Notes: a model not told the origin generated them from the sequence alone. DNA of 64,000 nt from the human T2T-CHM13v2.0 reference genome, Homo sapiens (GCF_009914755.1 NC_060925.1), one strand, 5' to 3'; positions 14,962 to 29,651 are shown, numbered from the stretch's first letter. Translations and numbers: made by a program.

Positions 14962-15277
14962 GGCCAGGCGCAGTGGCTCATGCCTATAATCCCAGCACTT
15001 TGGGAAGCCAAGGTAGGCAGATGGCTTGAGCCCAGGAGTTCGAGACCAGCCTCAACGACATGGGGGAAACCCAACTCTACAAAAAAAACAGAAAAAGTAG
15101 CTAGGCATGGTGGCACCTGCCTGTGGTCCCAGATACTTGGGAGGCTGAGGTGGGAGAATCACCTGAGCCTGAGCCTGGAAAGTAGAGGCTGCAGTGAGCT
15201 GTTTTCATGCTGCTGTACTCCAGCCTGGGCAACAGAATGAGGCTCTGTCTAAAAAAAAAAAAAAAAAAAAAAAAAAA
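14962..15277 (+). mobile_element. AluJ, full length
   Basis: J diagnostics (GCTTGAGCCCAGGAGTTCGAG; GAGGCTGCAGTGAGC); small GAGCCT duplication; A27 tail. Confidence 0.92.
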
Positions 15278-17049
15278 TGAGTTCAAAACTTTGTAAGATC
15301 TCAAAACTATCACTGCTTGTTCTAGTTCATTTCCAAAGTAGCTTCAGTACAGGATGTCTGTGTTTCATTTTCATTTCTATCTTTACTCAAAGAGAATAGG
15401 GACTTTGTTAAAACTTATGACAATGAAAATACATATTACAAAAGGTCTTTTATTCTTAGAATCTAAAGACAGATAGAAGACTTAAAAGATAGGCTTTTGT
15501 GTTTACTTACACTGTGATAATAGTGTGATTACGACTGGAGCTCGAACAGGATAGGGATGTCTTGAAAAGGAGGATCTTCTTAATTATTTTTCATAGACTA
15601 CCATCCAACTCTAGTCTGGGTGACTTCTCTTCTATTGCACACCTTCAGTTTCTCATTGAGTGTGGTATAGTATCAGTGCCACTTTTTATGGAGCACTACA
15701 TAATTTTTGTGAGTCCCTAGAGCCAGCTATTGACTTGTAAGTCTCCATAAAGCTCTACAAAGCATCAGCTACTCTTGAACAAAAAGCATTGTACATCCAG
15801 CATCCCTGGAGAATGACTGCATAAACAAACCTCTCCTGGAGATCAGCATGCGATTGAAATACAATTTGCACCTGGTGGCAAAAGTTGCACAAAGTCAATA
15901 CTTGATGAGGGAGAACTTTTTAAAATCCTTGGAACAGCAGAGTGGCTCAAGGCTATTTGTTGTATTTGCAATAAAAGGGTAATCCAGTGTAATATGCAGG
16001 TAGTTACCAACTAGAGAAAACCAGCTGTGATACTATTGAACAACATCCCTCTCTCCCACCAAATGAGCTGTTAAGAGAACAAATAGAAGGTAAAGGACTA
16101 ATAGGAATTAAAAAAAAAAAAAAAAAAAACTTCAGAAAAGGTTACACGTTAGAGTTATACTAGAAGCTATAACGATTACAGAAATCTTGGTGGTTCTACA
16201 GTGTATATTTCAGATACTTAATTCTAGGTTTGGGAGATGCCTGAAGAGGAAAAGCTGTGTGCTGAAAGAAACTTTGGTGGAGAAACATTAAGCCATACAA
16301 AACTTACTTATTTAAAAAAATTGGAAGCAAGCATGTTTGTTAAAAATACTGCATTTTGTGTTTTTATAAACCTTATGTTACTACCATCTGTAACACACTT
16401 TTCTGGAATCTAGCTGGTTTAATTTGGAGCTGATGTTATTTCACTACATGAATTTTCACACAGAACACTCTCTTATTTGTAGCTATGGTTTCTGGCTAAT
16501 ATATTATTATTCCATGCAAAATAATAGAAAAGATACATTATTCCTTAAAATCTCCAGCACTTTCAGAAGTAGGGTTTGTTCAATGAGAGTCTAAAAGGAT
16601 TGGAAATGATTAGACAGCTGAAAGAATAAAGAAAACCTACAGTCTTAAATTCATGTTAAATTTTTAACATTTATTTAAGAGATAGTGATTCAAAATTTTT
16701 TTAAAAAATTGCCTACTTCTTCTGATACTTATAATTTCCGTTTCTGAAATCTCAAGGCAATGAAGACATTTTTATTTTATCATTGAGAATACACAGCAGA
16801 GTCCCTTTAACCAATTAAATTGGAAATTGTTTTTCTCTTAGCTAATTGATTACTGGCTAATGTCTTCTTTAAATTTGGCTTTTTAAAAAAATTGTGTAAG
16901 ATTTATTAAAATAAAAATTCAATATAGAACTTCTGGAATTGGAACATTCTTTGATCCAGAAAATAATCAAAGAAGGTTCAAGATGTAGAACTCTAATAAT
17001 TTAAATATGGTTTCTCTGACAAAGGTAGAACAGTAGGGAAGTAGAGTTG

Positions 17050-17560
17050 ATTTGGATATATAGATAATAAGCTCAACGTGGACATACTGAGTTTGAGATT
17101 TGGGTGGGATTTTCAAGTGTAAATATCTCAAAAGCATTTGAAATGTGAACCTAGAAATGAGTATAGAAAGCAGAAGTGACAATCTTAGTTCTACTTATTA
17201 GTATAGACATAAAAGTCAGAACCCTGAGGAGAAAAGAGCTCTCCCCTTTGCTGGATAGAGAAGGTATGTGACATACACCTCTATGTTGGATAGAGACGTA
17301 TGTGAAGTAAAGAAAAACAAGATAATTAAGGCTGAATCTTACAGAATGTGCACAATTAAAAGATACTAAGAGGAAATAAAATATAAGAAATTTTAGAGAG
17401 AGAAAAACTGGTGGCTGCTCTGAAAACCATTCATAAAAATATTTCAAGGAAAGGACAGCCATTATCAGCATCTAAAGGAGAAATCAGTGGAATGAAGAGA
17501 GAAAACAATTAGAATAAATTAGAATTTGTTAGTAATAATCAAGAATCTTTCAGTAAAATA
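17050..17560 (-). mobile_element. L2 relic
   Basis: GAGTTTGAGATTTGGGTGGGATTTTCAAGTGTAAATATCTCAAAAGCATTTGAAATGTG is L2-antisense-like. Confidence 0.5.
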
Positions 17561-18618
17561 ATGGGCATTTCCCTTTCTTTCAAATAAAAATGGCTGAGTA
17601 GATGTCATGAATTTGTTAACAGCAGATGTCTTCTGTAGAAAATATACAGAGAGGAAAAAAATGTCACTTGTTATAATTTCTGCCTTTTCTTGTTAGAAGA
17701 AATGTATTTTTGACATTTATTGGTAAATCATTTGTAACATAAGTCTTATCTTGACTGGTTTTACTTTAAAAGACAAGCATAACTATCTGGTTCAAATGTT
17801 ATTTGAAACTAAGATACAACTTTTAAAGCATTTTTTATTTAAACAAATGAAAGTAAGTGATGAAATTGGTATCACTAGTACATAGACATAACTTTATGAA
17901 ATGAATTTGTCCAGTCTTTGAGAGGAGTAATTTAATTTAATATTTTGTGTGAAAAAGTAATGAACAGGTTGTTGAATTTGTATTTTTTAAAAATTAAAGA
18001 ACTCATGGCTTCAGACAATACGGCTAAACTTCTGAAAATGAGACCAAGTGATGACATTTGACAGAAGAAACAAATTTTCTTCTAAAAATTTCAATTTTCC
18101 ATCAGCTTCTGTTTATGTCATATTGGCTTTTATATCATTGTTAATCATTTTTAACTCATGAAAAGTACCTGGTGCTAACATTTTTAAAACTCTAGCTTTA
18201 AAAAGAAATAAGACATCTTAACATTAGTTCTGGTTTCTTGAGACTAAAAGATGCAGTAGAAATTACTTTTTTCACATCTCCCTTTCATACATTTTTCCAA
18301 AGAAACCATAAGTAATCCATATTTAAGTTAGTGCTTTATAATGTAGTTTAGTATGTATGTCTTATTCTAATATTTTAAATTTTGAAAGCCCTGAGCTTGT
18401 TCTTCCAGTATAATGTTCTGCAAAAGTATCAATACTTTTCAAAGAACTACTCAGAAATTGGATTTTATGTTAATTGATGCATACTTCAATCATTCCACTT
18501 GGCTACAGGCCCCTTGAGAAATGCTGTATCTTTCATTTATATATGCTCAAAGGCATACCCAATGCTTGGGTGGAATATAATAAGGGATCAATTAATAGTT
18601 GCTGAGTAAATCAGTGGA

Positions 18619-18675
18619 TCACACACACACACATATATGGGAGATGTTTGTGTGTGTGTGTATATATATATATAT
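18619..18675. repeat. Compound (CA)n/(TG)n/(TA)n microsatellite
   Basis: Direct reading. Confidence 0.85.
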
Positions 18676-18989
18676 GCTTTGAATATATCTATGGCTATAA
18701 CTCAGACTTATATGAGGATTTTTTAAAGGTTAATTCAATTTAATTAAACAATCTAATTTAAAAGTATCATGTAACAGCACTTTCCCTTCTTAACTCTCAA
18801 ACCAAATCCCCCTACTTTTACCCCACAACACAATATACTGTCTTAGTTTAATTCTCAATCATTATTTTGCATATTCAGATGATATTCCAGTTAGTTTATT
18901 TAATTCAACATATCTGGAGCAATTTGTAAATACTGACTATAATCTTTATTGAACTCTGAAGATATGCCAGTACGCAACTACAGTGAAGC

Positions 18990-19150
18990 ATGAACAAGGG
19001 ATTAGCCAGAGAAACTTAGGCTGGGATCTCTGATCTGCCAGGAAGTAGGTTTTACCCACTTGATCCTCAGTCTCTTCAACTGCATACATGAGATTCTACT
19101 AGTTCTTCTCAAACTCCATTATTATATCAAGATTGAAGATAATAATGGTA
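18990..19150 (+). mobile_element. MIR fragment
   Basis: GATCCTCAGTCTCTTCAACTGCATACATGAG, a degenerate MIR core. Confidence 0.45.
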
Positions 19151-20149
19151 AAATTATCAGTAGAAACTTTGCCTATAAGCTTAATAAAAACTGATTTTAA
19201 GTACACCTTATCTATATTTTAAAAGCCCAGACTTTTACTTTGTTCCTTAAGTTGACAAGTTTTGGATGCAATATCTTCTGAAATATTCTTAGTAATTTAG
19301 CCAGCATGTATTTGATAAATGACTAATGTTTCTAATACTAATTATGGCCAGAGGCAATGTTATGGATGATTGTTTCAGATTTGAAAACAAATCATATAAT
19401 ATGTAATCTCCAAATAGGTTTATCTTTTCAAAAAGGATAAATGACTTCTTAAAATTCTATTGGTTTGCTTGTCTTGGAATGCATAGATTTATGTTTGCTC
19501 TTGTCTTTCTAAATAGCGGTCTTATAATGCAAGTTAGCATCATGTTCAGAAAGAATTGTAAGTATCATATGGCTGTCTAGCACTTTCAACTTTCTTAAAT
19601 ATGCTTTCGCACTTATTAACTCATTTCATTTTCCCAAAAAGTCATGAGAAGTAAATAGAACAAATATTAATTTTGTTGTTTGTGTGATGGGGAGAAGTAG
19701 ACATACTGCATATGAATAATTGCTCTGAGCAAAGCAGGAAGTGGGGCATCTTTTGAACTTCAGACCTTCAGTCTTGGATTCTCAGCACTAATTCCAGCTG
19801 AAATTAGCCTGGGTTTTAGAAACAGTTTTCTTACAGAAGTGGTGCAGATGAAGTGTACAGAGAGAAGAACGTAAGAGTTGAAGAACATGAGACCTTTGGG
19901 GGAATTTCCACAAACAAGGGAAGTCCAATAGTTATAGAGGAGGCACCAAAGGTTATTATGCCAGGGACCATGAATATATGAAGCTACTCATTTGTACACA
20001 TACACAAGAAAGGTCTGGGAATTTTCTTGGTGACAATATTGGTGGACTGGATATTTGTATGTGACAAATCTGTCTTCAAATAATGGTTTCACCATAAGAG
20101 ATGTACTTTCTCTTTTGTATAGCTATAAACATACTATTATCTTTATATT

Positions 20150-20390
20150 TAAGGATACATTATTGCGCACTTTAAAATATGTTAGAAGGATAGATCTTAT
20201 ATTAAGTGTTCTTATTGCCTCTGCCCCCAAAACAAAATACAAACAAAAAACAAGAGGACAGTTTCAGAGGTGGTGAATATATTTAGTACATTAATTGTGG
20301 TACATGGCTGTAAACTCATCAAAATATTGCATTAAAATTTGTGCAATTTGTCGTGTATAAATGATGCTTTAATAAAACTTTAAAAAGAAC
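20150..20390 (+). mobile_element. L1MB-type 3' end
   Basis: CACTTTAAAATATGTTAGAAGGATAGATCTTATATTAAGTGTTCTT...GAGGTGGTGAATATATTTAGTACATTAATTGTGG...AATAAAA. Confidence 0.75.
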
Positions 20391-21092
20391 ACACTGTCAT
20401 AAAATTTTTCAGAAGAAAATATCAAATATGTTTATCCAGAGTATTCTCTGCTTTGCTCTACAAAAATAATACAACCAGCTTAACCAAAGTTGACAGCAGC
20501 ACTGTGGGTCTTGGCTATTCAAAAGTTTAGAGCTGGCTATTGAATCAGTTCCTGGAGGTTGCTTATGTAAAGCTCATTGCAACAGCAGCCCATGAACTTT
20601 ACACCTCATTGTGCAAAAGCCTATTTGGAAATGTTAAGCCTTTGGCAAGGACATAGGATCTATAAATCAACCTTGCATGGTTTAGAAATTATTGTACATG
20701 AACAGAACCAATAACAACACTGTGTGCCATATTTTCAACATTAAGACTGTATTCCATTAAAGGGAATTGCCATGTCCAGATCCTGCAGGGACCAATATTT
20801 AAGTTTCTATCAAATAAAACAGAATGTCAACAGTGTCAACAATTTTACTGTGAAAATATCTGGGATGAAGAATGAGCAATTAACATTATCAAAATTAGAA
20901 AAGAGATTTTGACCTAATAGTATTTTCCTCTTTTATCACTGTGATCAACAGAATTGGCTTTTCAATGTTTATAAATGTCTATGTTACATGTTGTGACAAA
21001 TATCTACCTTTCATATATTACCATCTGGACGGCTGAAAAAAAACCATGGACTTTGGCACATATACTGATGTTTTGATCATGACTTTATGTCA

Positions 21093-21457
21093 CCATTTAT
21101 TCAGGACAGACTTGCTGAGCCCTTACTATTAGTCAGGCACTGTTCCAGCTATCAAAATTACAAGGATGAGCACTGAAACACTGTTTAGTGGGGAAGATAG
21201 ACATTAAACAACATAATCCCACAAATAATTTATAATTGAAATGTGAGTAATGATCTCAAGTACGGGCAACTAGAAGGAGACCTAAGATAGACACAATTCT
21301 TGGGGATGGAGGCAAGGGTTGCCAGGTAAGTTTCAGAATGTCCAGTAACATTTGAATTCACAATCAGTAACAAATGATTTTTAGTATAAATATGTTCAAA
21401 ATACTGCATGGGAAATACTTTTACTAAATAAAGTATACACACACACACATATATACA

Positions 21458-21495
<38 letters not shown>

Positions 21496-21720
21496 CATAC
21501 ACATTTATACATATAAATGAAAATATATTTATATCTTTTTCCCTAAATTTGCCACTGCCAGGTAGGGAGTGCTGATCTTTAGTCCTAAGGGGTGTCAGGA
21601 AAGGCCTCCCTGAGGAAGAAACATTTAAACTGACAGACCCTAAGGCATGAATGGCAAGTAGAACATAAAGAAGGAAGGGAAAAGAATATTCCAAATATAT
21701 GAAGTATTGGATTGGAAAAT
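21093..21720 (-). mobile_element. L2 3' region, interrupted by MER53
   Basis: CATTTATTCA...GTCAGGCACTGTTCC; resumes as GTCAGGAAAGGCCTCCCTGAGGAAGAAACATTTAAACTG. Confidence 0.7.
21315..21558. mobile_element. MER53 hAT-family MITE; second arm replaced by a (CA)/(TA) microsatellite
   Basis: AGGGTTGCCAG terminus, CATTTGAATT, TTTTTAGTATAAATATGT...ATACTGCATGGGAAATACTT, and a degenerate end CTAAATTTGCCAC. Confidence 0.75.
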
Positions 21721-21834
21721 TCTAAATGTACAGAACCACTCAATGTTTTTCAGAAACAGGGAGAAAGCCGGGCATGGACGCTTAGTGTGCTAGAGGGCAA
21801 AGGCCCACGTGGCTCCGTCATCCGGGGCTTTTCA

Positions 21835-21970
21835 TATCTTACGCTGACCCGCCTGACTTCTCTGATCCTCAGTTTCCACATATGGATGCTAAGACAATAC
21901 ATTCCTCCGAGGCAGATGTGGAGAATTAATCTGAGAAATGTAAGCGTAAGACTGGATACAGAACCTTGGC
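21835..21970 (+). mobile_element. MIR fragment
   Basis: CTTCTCTGATCCTCAGTTTCCACATATG...GTGGAGAATTAA. Confidence 0.65.
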
Positions 21971-23069
21971 TGACTCTTTTCTCTTTCTTGCTGTAACTCC
22001 CCTGACTACCTATGGAGGTTTTTGTATTGTTTTGTGAGAGACATTTTCCACTCGCTTTAATTTTTCCCCAACTTAAGGAGTGACATTTAAAGATATCCTC
22101 TCCTTTGTATTTTAGTTGCCTGATGTGTTACTGTATTAAATCTAAACTTAAGAACAATTTTGCCAGTGGGCATCTGCGTGTCTTGGAAGTGATTATTTCT
22201 TGGTTCTCCACTTTCTTTCAAGAAAATATCTCATTCACTGATAATACAAGACCCAAATAGGTTTCCCCTCTTTTTCTATCATACGGAGACTTTTAAATGC
22301 ATTCTTTTTCAAAGGTTATTTGGGAGACCACCTTGAAATGCTTTCTATGGTTTTAAGCTAGAACAGGATCATACTAGGGGAAAAATCGCCTTTCCTCGTA
22401 CCCTGGTCTCCTCCCCTCAACTGCTGGCCACCCCAGAGACAACTTCTGTCTAGTGCTCCGACATGCTGATATTGAGTGAGTAAGTCGGCCTGGGAGTGGC
22501 AGCACCGGGCCAGAACTCTCAGTGATGAATGTCAGCACAGCAGCCGCAGTCTTTCTACCAGACAGGAGGCTAACAGGCAAACGGCAGGGAGTTCACAAGC
22601 TTGGAGGCGCTTGTTAGACAGAGTTCAAAATTCTGGTGAACATCTCTCTGCCACTCCACAGAACAGCTGCAGCCTCAACAGTGGGAGTCTTCACACTGAT
22701 TTTTCAAAAAGCTCCCCCTCAAGAATGTAGTGTCATTGTACACTGTTAAATGTCCTAAATTATAGTATATTGTTATCCATCACACTCTACCCTCACCATT
22801 TGTTGCTAATTTGGCTAGAGATTATTTCACTTATTAGAATGAATTTTCTCTCATTCTCTCCTTTCTGAGAATTTGTCAGCTTTCTGCTTGCAGAACTTCT
22901 GTGTGAAACTCACAGTCCTTGCTTTAGCCCAACTTAGGTATTAGTCATTTTAAATTATTTCATAGTAAGAAGTAAGCGATTTCTTGAGAAAACAGATTCT
23001 AAAAATTTGGTTTATATGCAAGCCATCTACTTATAAAAATATTTTGTCCATTGAGTATTAAGATTTTGT

Positions 23070-24078
<1,009 letters not shown>

Positions 24079-24203
24079 TGGATGCAGAGCTGACAGCAAA
24101 TAAACATTTGTTGATTGTTTTTTTTTCTCATAATGTTCATGCTAGCTAAGTAAGGGTGAAGAGGATTCTAGGCACAAAGTCAGCAAATATAAGCTTATAA
24201 GCA

Positions 24204-24630
24204 GTGGTACAAGCTGGGTTCTCCAGGAACCAGTCTCTGAGAAAGAAATTAGCATACAAAAATCGCGATAGTGAGTACTATTAAGAGCAATGCCTGTAGA
24301 AGAGAGGAGTGGGATGCAGGTGTGGGCAGAGGGAGAAGTCAGGCCACAATGAAGCCTCAGTGGGAAATTCAGCTGACCTCCCTGAAGGGAGCTCTAAAGG
24401 TGCAATTAACCCTCAGAGCTGTTGTGCATTAGGGGGCGAGGGCTAGGCCTTTATTTCATCCTGTAGGTCAGTTATTTGATGCAGGCCTCCCAATAAAGGG
24501 AATGTGACCCTTTTGGATAAGACAGCTCTCTTCAGCCTAGGCAATTCACCAAGAGCCGAGCACAGGAAAATATTTCTCCGTGGACCTCTCACCTTTCTGG
24601 ATGAGCAGAGTACAACACAGAGTCCACCCA
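24204..24630 (-). mobile_element. LTR16-family (ERVL) solo LTR
   Basis: GGGCAGAGGGAGAAGT...GGGAGCTCT...GACAGCTCTCTTCAGCCTAGGCAATTC resembles reverse LTR16. Confidence 0.65.
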
Positions 24631-25247
24631 GAGTTCTAAGCAGTTAACTCTCCTTTTGGGAACTCCTAGATTACTTTTGATCAGACATTCAAACTCGGCT
24701 TATGCTAACTAAGATTGTGTTTCCTTCCTTGGTTATAATAATGGGAAGATTTTGAGGTGCCAAATATGAACCATGTATAAATGCAGTATTAATTCAACCA
24801 AACAAATATTTTTTGAAATGCTTGTATGTGTTTTTCTCAAAGAGCTTAAAAACCACTAGAAGCAGCAGATACAAAGCCAACTCGCTAAGATCTATAATAC
24901 AAGATCAAGTGAAAGCAAGATGAAGTAGTAAGTAACAACAAAGTATTTCAAAATGCAAGTATCTTTAAATGAAAGGTAGTGTAATTAAATAAAGAAAATG
25001 TTAAAATGCAGAAGATATCCTTTAAGTAGAACCTTGATGCATTGGAACAGGGAAAACCTTTTAAGCTGAGTCCAACAGGTGAGCCAGCCTGAAGGCATAG
25101 AATGATTGATGGTCAATAGGCTGAATGGCTGGAGAGAAAGGCTGTGGAGGGATATACTGAGAGGCAGGATGGAAAAGGTAATTAATACTTGGAATGTTGC
25201 AGGCTTTGAATCCCCTACTAAAAAATTCCAGCTTGATTTTTTTTAGA

Positions 25248-25425
25248 CTAGTGTCTCAAAATGTGGCTCATGGGATGCCTGCATTAAGACCATGTGGGAT
25301 GCTTGTTAAAAATTCAGATTCCCATACTCCATCCTATACTTTCTGAATCAGAATTTCTGGGGCTAGTTCCCTAAAGTCTGTAGTTTTTACAAGCTTCCTA
25401 CTACAGCTAGAAGATTTCAGCTCTG
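25248..25425. mobile_element. MER5A hAT-Charlie element
   Basis: TCTCAAAATGTGG...GCTTGTTAAAAATTCAGATTCC...CTGAATCAGAATTTCTGGGG. Confidence 0.8.
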
Positions 25426-28400
25426 GACAATGAGAAACTACAGAAAACTCAGTTCTCTGCCTCTATAACTCTTTAGCTTTTGCATGGGATTCCAGGAATT
25501 AGGGCCCCAAAGTGTTTCATTTGAAACAATAAGTTAGCAGTTTAATATGCTCATCTTCCATTTGCCCATTTCCATTAATGTAGAATATTCCAAGACTTTT
25601 CTCCTCTTGCCAAAAAATTACTTACTTTTATGAGACGCTCAGAGATTGTTGTCAGTCCTGTAGTTACTATTCTTAGTCTTAGTGGAGCATTTTCCAGTCT
25701 TCCAATCATAAGAATTATTTTACAGCAAAATAAAAGAAGCATCCTTGGGGCCCTTGGAGACTGTTTTCTGAGTTGCGGTCATAGCAGGGAGTTGATTTTT
25801 TTGTTTATGATCTATAATTTTCCTCCCAAATCTCTGATAGGTTTCAGCCCCCTTAGCATCCAGTCTAATATTTTATTTTTCACTTGCAAGTCAGCCCAAT
25901 AATTTAAAATTTTTCCCAAGGAACTGTTTTTCCTTGTTTCAGTCATAAGTACTTTTTTCACCTGCTTCATTTTAGAAATGTCTTGTTAATATTTTCTTTT
26001 ATCTTGTTCTTCTTTTCTTTAGGATAAGAAGGGCTGTGCACGCTAACAGAGAAGTGATGTATTTTATAAAGCACATCAGATTCCTCACTGTCCTCATTTA
26101 TTAGCAGTAGAATTATCACAGTCGTAAAGCATATAGTGTAAATACCAGTGCCTCTCTTTCCTCCATTTTCCTCCCCCAAGTCATATCTATTTTTACATCT
26201 ATTCTCATATTTTGTTTCCCTAGATTTCCTCTATGGGAGGAGAAGAAATTAATACTCTTCTTCGGCAAAAATGTCAAACATGGATACTAATGTGATTAGG
26301 GAATTTCCCCCAAAGCCATGCAATAAGGGGTTGGGTGAAAGAAAGAAGTCACACTTTTTCTGGCTGTTAAGGTGTGGGGAGATCGAAATTAACAAGTGAT
26401 TCTTTACAGCCTGTCTGTGATCTGCTCAAGGAAGTTCCATCTGTGCCACATCCAAGATGCAAAATCAAGAAAAGGGAGGTCAGAAGTGGGAGTAAAAGAT
26501 TCTAAATGTGGATAAAAAATGTGAGAGGAAATTTATCAGAATTTGTTTTGGAAATTTATGATAGAGAGGAAATTGATCTTCTGTAACTATGTTGGATATG
26601 GATGGAGAGAAAAAATAGTATTTTAAAAGTATGGTTGTGGGCTAGCTTTCCCCTTCGTAGTGTGTCAAAATGCCATTAAAACACTTTGAAAAAAGTGGTT
26701 AATGGAGCTGTATGTATATGACAGTAATTCTGCTCTGAGGCTGGGCCACATGGATTTTTGAATTCAGAGTTGTTCCAAGTGAAGTCAACAAGCCAATTGT
26801 AAGTAAACAGGCTTTGCTTGTTACGAAGTGAGGGGAGTGTCTGCATTAATATCCCTAGAAAAGGGAGAGAATTGGTTCATCACTGATACATGAGGAATGA
26901 GTTTTCCCAAAAAAGCTGCAGTAGTATAGGCCCAGACTACAGTGCAAGAACTGAAGCTATCTGGACAAGCCAGTTGTACTGGAGGTAGTGAGGATGAGAC
27001 CCAAAGGCTAGAAGTAGGGGGTGCAATCATCAACAGTATTAACAGTAGCAGTATGGACTGTCTGCCTGAAATAAGAGACTCTCCTAGGCATAGAAGAATA
27101 AGGAAGTGCTGTGGCAAGCTGGCGAGAAGTGAGCAGGTCAGGATTCTAGCTGTTATATTGTTGGAAAGTTAACCATAGAGTCATTGGTTCTGTTGCCATA
27201 GTAGATACTCATTATAAGCCCTCAGTTGTAGTTTCCCAGGTGTTATCTATGATATAACATGATGGCTGTCATATAATTTATGATATACATGATATAACAA
27301 TCTATACTGCCAAATAAAACAAACTTCTGTGTTTCTCTGGCATCCTTCTGCTAGCATTATTTCTCTGTCCCTTTTGATAGTTGAATTTCTAGGAAGTAGT
27401 CTCTATGGTGTTGACTTGGCTTCTTCAACTTCCTTGATTCATCTGTTTCCCTCATCTACACCCAAACAACACCAGCAAGTGTTGGTGTTTTTGTCACCAG
27501 GCACCGTGTGAAATATGTTCACCTCTTTTTGTCTTTACCACAGTTTTCTCTGACTGTAGAGCTTCAGATTGCTTTTTTTGGTAAACAATTTATGTGCCCA
27601 CATAGGGCGATTACAGGGAGAAAAATAGTAGTAGCTGGAGAATGTAAGTGCCAGTTCCCTTGATGGTTGTGTGTGTCATTGTAAAATCATGAAAATGTAA
27701 TTCTAGCTTTATATGTCAGTCTTACAAGCTTGATTAATATGGACCTGTCTTTGAGAGGTTTACCCATTCCTAGTATACTGAAGGAAAAAAAAAAAAAGAT
27801 TTCTAAGCCTGAAGGATTGAGGATGCGACCTAGGCACACTGTGATGTCACTCAGACACTATCAATAGGATAATTTGCTGGCAACTACTCAGTCTTACTCG
27901 GGGCAATGCTGTCTATTTGTTTTCTGTTTTAAGTTTTATAATTACCACTGTCTCTTCATCCTCTATTTTACTTATTTGACCAGGTAATTTTTCATTATAG
28001 TTGTTCAAATAACTTAATTGCTTCCCTGTATTTACTTCAAAGAGCTTCTGAAAATCACTTCCTTCTTTACAAAGATAATTGAATGAATTTCAATAATAAT
28101 AAGATGTTATTACACAGGATCTGTGATATATTTAACAGTCTTGAATTTGACTATATCTGATTTAGTGATGCTGATAATTGACTGAGTTCCAGTGAAAACC
28201 ATATCTTTATCTGAACTTAATATTCCTTAATACTGTGAAGGAACCAATCATTTGTAATGGCTATTATCCCTATCAAGTCTCTAAAGATTTTCAAATCATT
28301 ATGGAGATGTTCATCAACCCTTATCACAATCTCATTATCCTTATATTACTTTATAGTATTTTTTACTGCCTTTATTTTTCTTTTATTTGAATTTGCCTTC

Positions 28401-29149
28401 CTTAATCTGGTTACTTCATATAATACATTAAGAATTTCTTAAAACCATTCTGATTTTGTTTAGTCACTGCATTTTGAAAACATATTGGTATTTGTTGCAT
28501 CCAATGAAAAAATGCTGCCTTTCTTAAATTATACAACTACATCTGTGGATTTTTTAGAATTCCTTTCAATTTTTTTAATGTAGTATTCTACAGCAAAAGA
28601 AAAATAAAAAACTTGATGACCTGCCCCAGTTTAGTTTTAACCATTTCACTTATTCTTGATGTACAACATAATGTATGTGACTGAATATTTCTTTTCTGTG
28701 TTGTTCTAGAGTATTGGTTTATTTAGATGTTTGACAAAACTCCTAATTAAACTAAATCAAATTAACTTAGTTTAAAATTAGTTTAACTCATTGAATTTAT
28801 TGTATATATGTATCTTATATGATATGGAGTAAAGCCATGATATGGCTTTCTAATAGAGCCTTTGCACTAAGGAAACCTAGCGCATTTGCATTTTAAGTCT
28901 TCCTTGCTTCTAAGAGAGAATTTCGGGCATGTGCAATCTAACTTTTGAATTTCTTTCCCTTTTAGAATACTTTAAAAGAATTCATTACCTCAATAATGTC
29001 AACCATCTAAACTGACTGTAAGATTTATATTATATAGCCTATTTACATATGGAAACCTTCTATATATAAATGCTATTCTTCTGCTATCACCTCGTATATT
29101 ATTGAAGTAATACTGTAATAGTACCTTTGATTTATGCAGCCCAGTATCT

Positions 29150-29370
29150 CTAAGGAGTTAGAACTACTTTATATTATCTTATTAATTCTTTTAATATTGC
29201 TATGAAGTATGTAATGAAACGAGTGGCATTTATCATCATCTTCATTTTATAGTTAAAGAAGCCAAATGAAAAAGGTGACTTAGCTTTCCTCAAATTAAAA
29301 ATTTCACTAGTTGGAAGACAGAGGAAATAACATTGAGCAATAGATTTCTGAATCTTTAACCAGCTTGTGA
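29150..29370 (-). mobile_element. MIR/MIR3 relic
   Basis: ATCATCATCTTCATTTTATAGTTAAAGAAGCC...GGTGACTT. Confidence 0.45.
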
Positions 29371-29556
29371 GTTACAGCTATGTGAAAATCACTAGAGGTT
29401 GTTCTAAGTGTGTAAATATAATACAAATAATATATTTTATATCATATAGAAAGTATGTGTATATATATTTCATTCTATTCTATTCTAAAAGTCATAAAAG
29501 CAATCATGTCCAGGAAGCTTTTTGTCACTGTTATGAATAACCAAGGTTTTCTATAA

Positions 29557-29588
29557 ATGTGTATGTGTGTGTGTTTGTGTGTGTGTGT
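29557..29588. repeat. (TG)n microsatellite, imperfect
   Basis: Direct reading. Confidence 0.85.
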
Positions 29589-29651
29589 ATTTCCCTTACT
29601 TAACATCTTTAAGTTTTTGAAAACTCTGTCCCTCAATAAAAGGCCATTAAA

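Noticed and set aside
16090-16109. Isolated poly(A) run as a processed-pseudogene tail
   Set aside because: There is no suitably placed poly(A) signal, TSD or upstream coding similarity.
26821-27172. Overlapping 98-aa and 76-aa ORFs in non-Alu DNA
   Set aside because: There is no recognisable homology or splice context; they may lie in an old LTR relic I cannot name.
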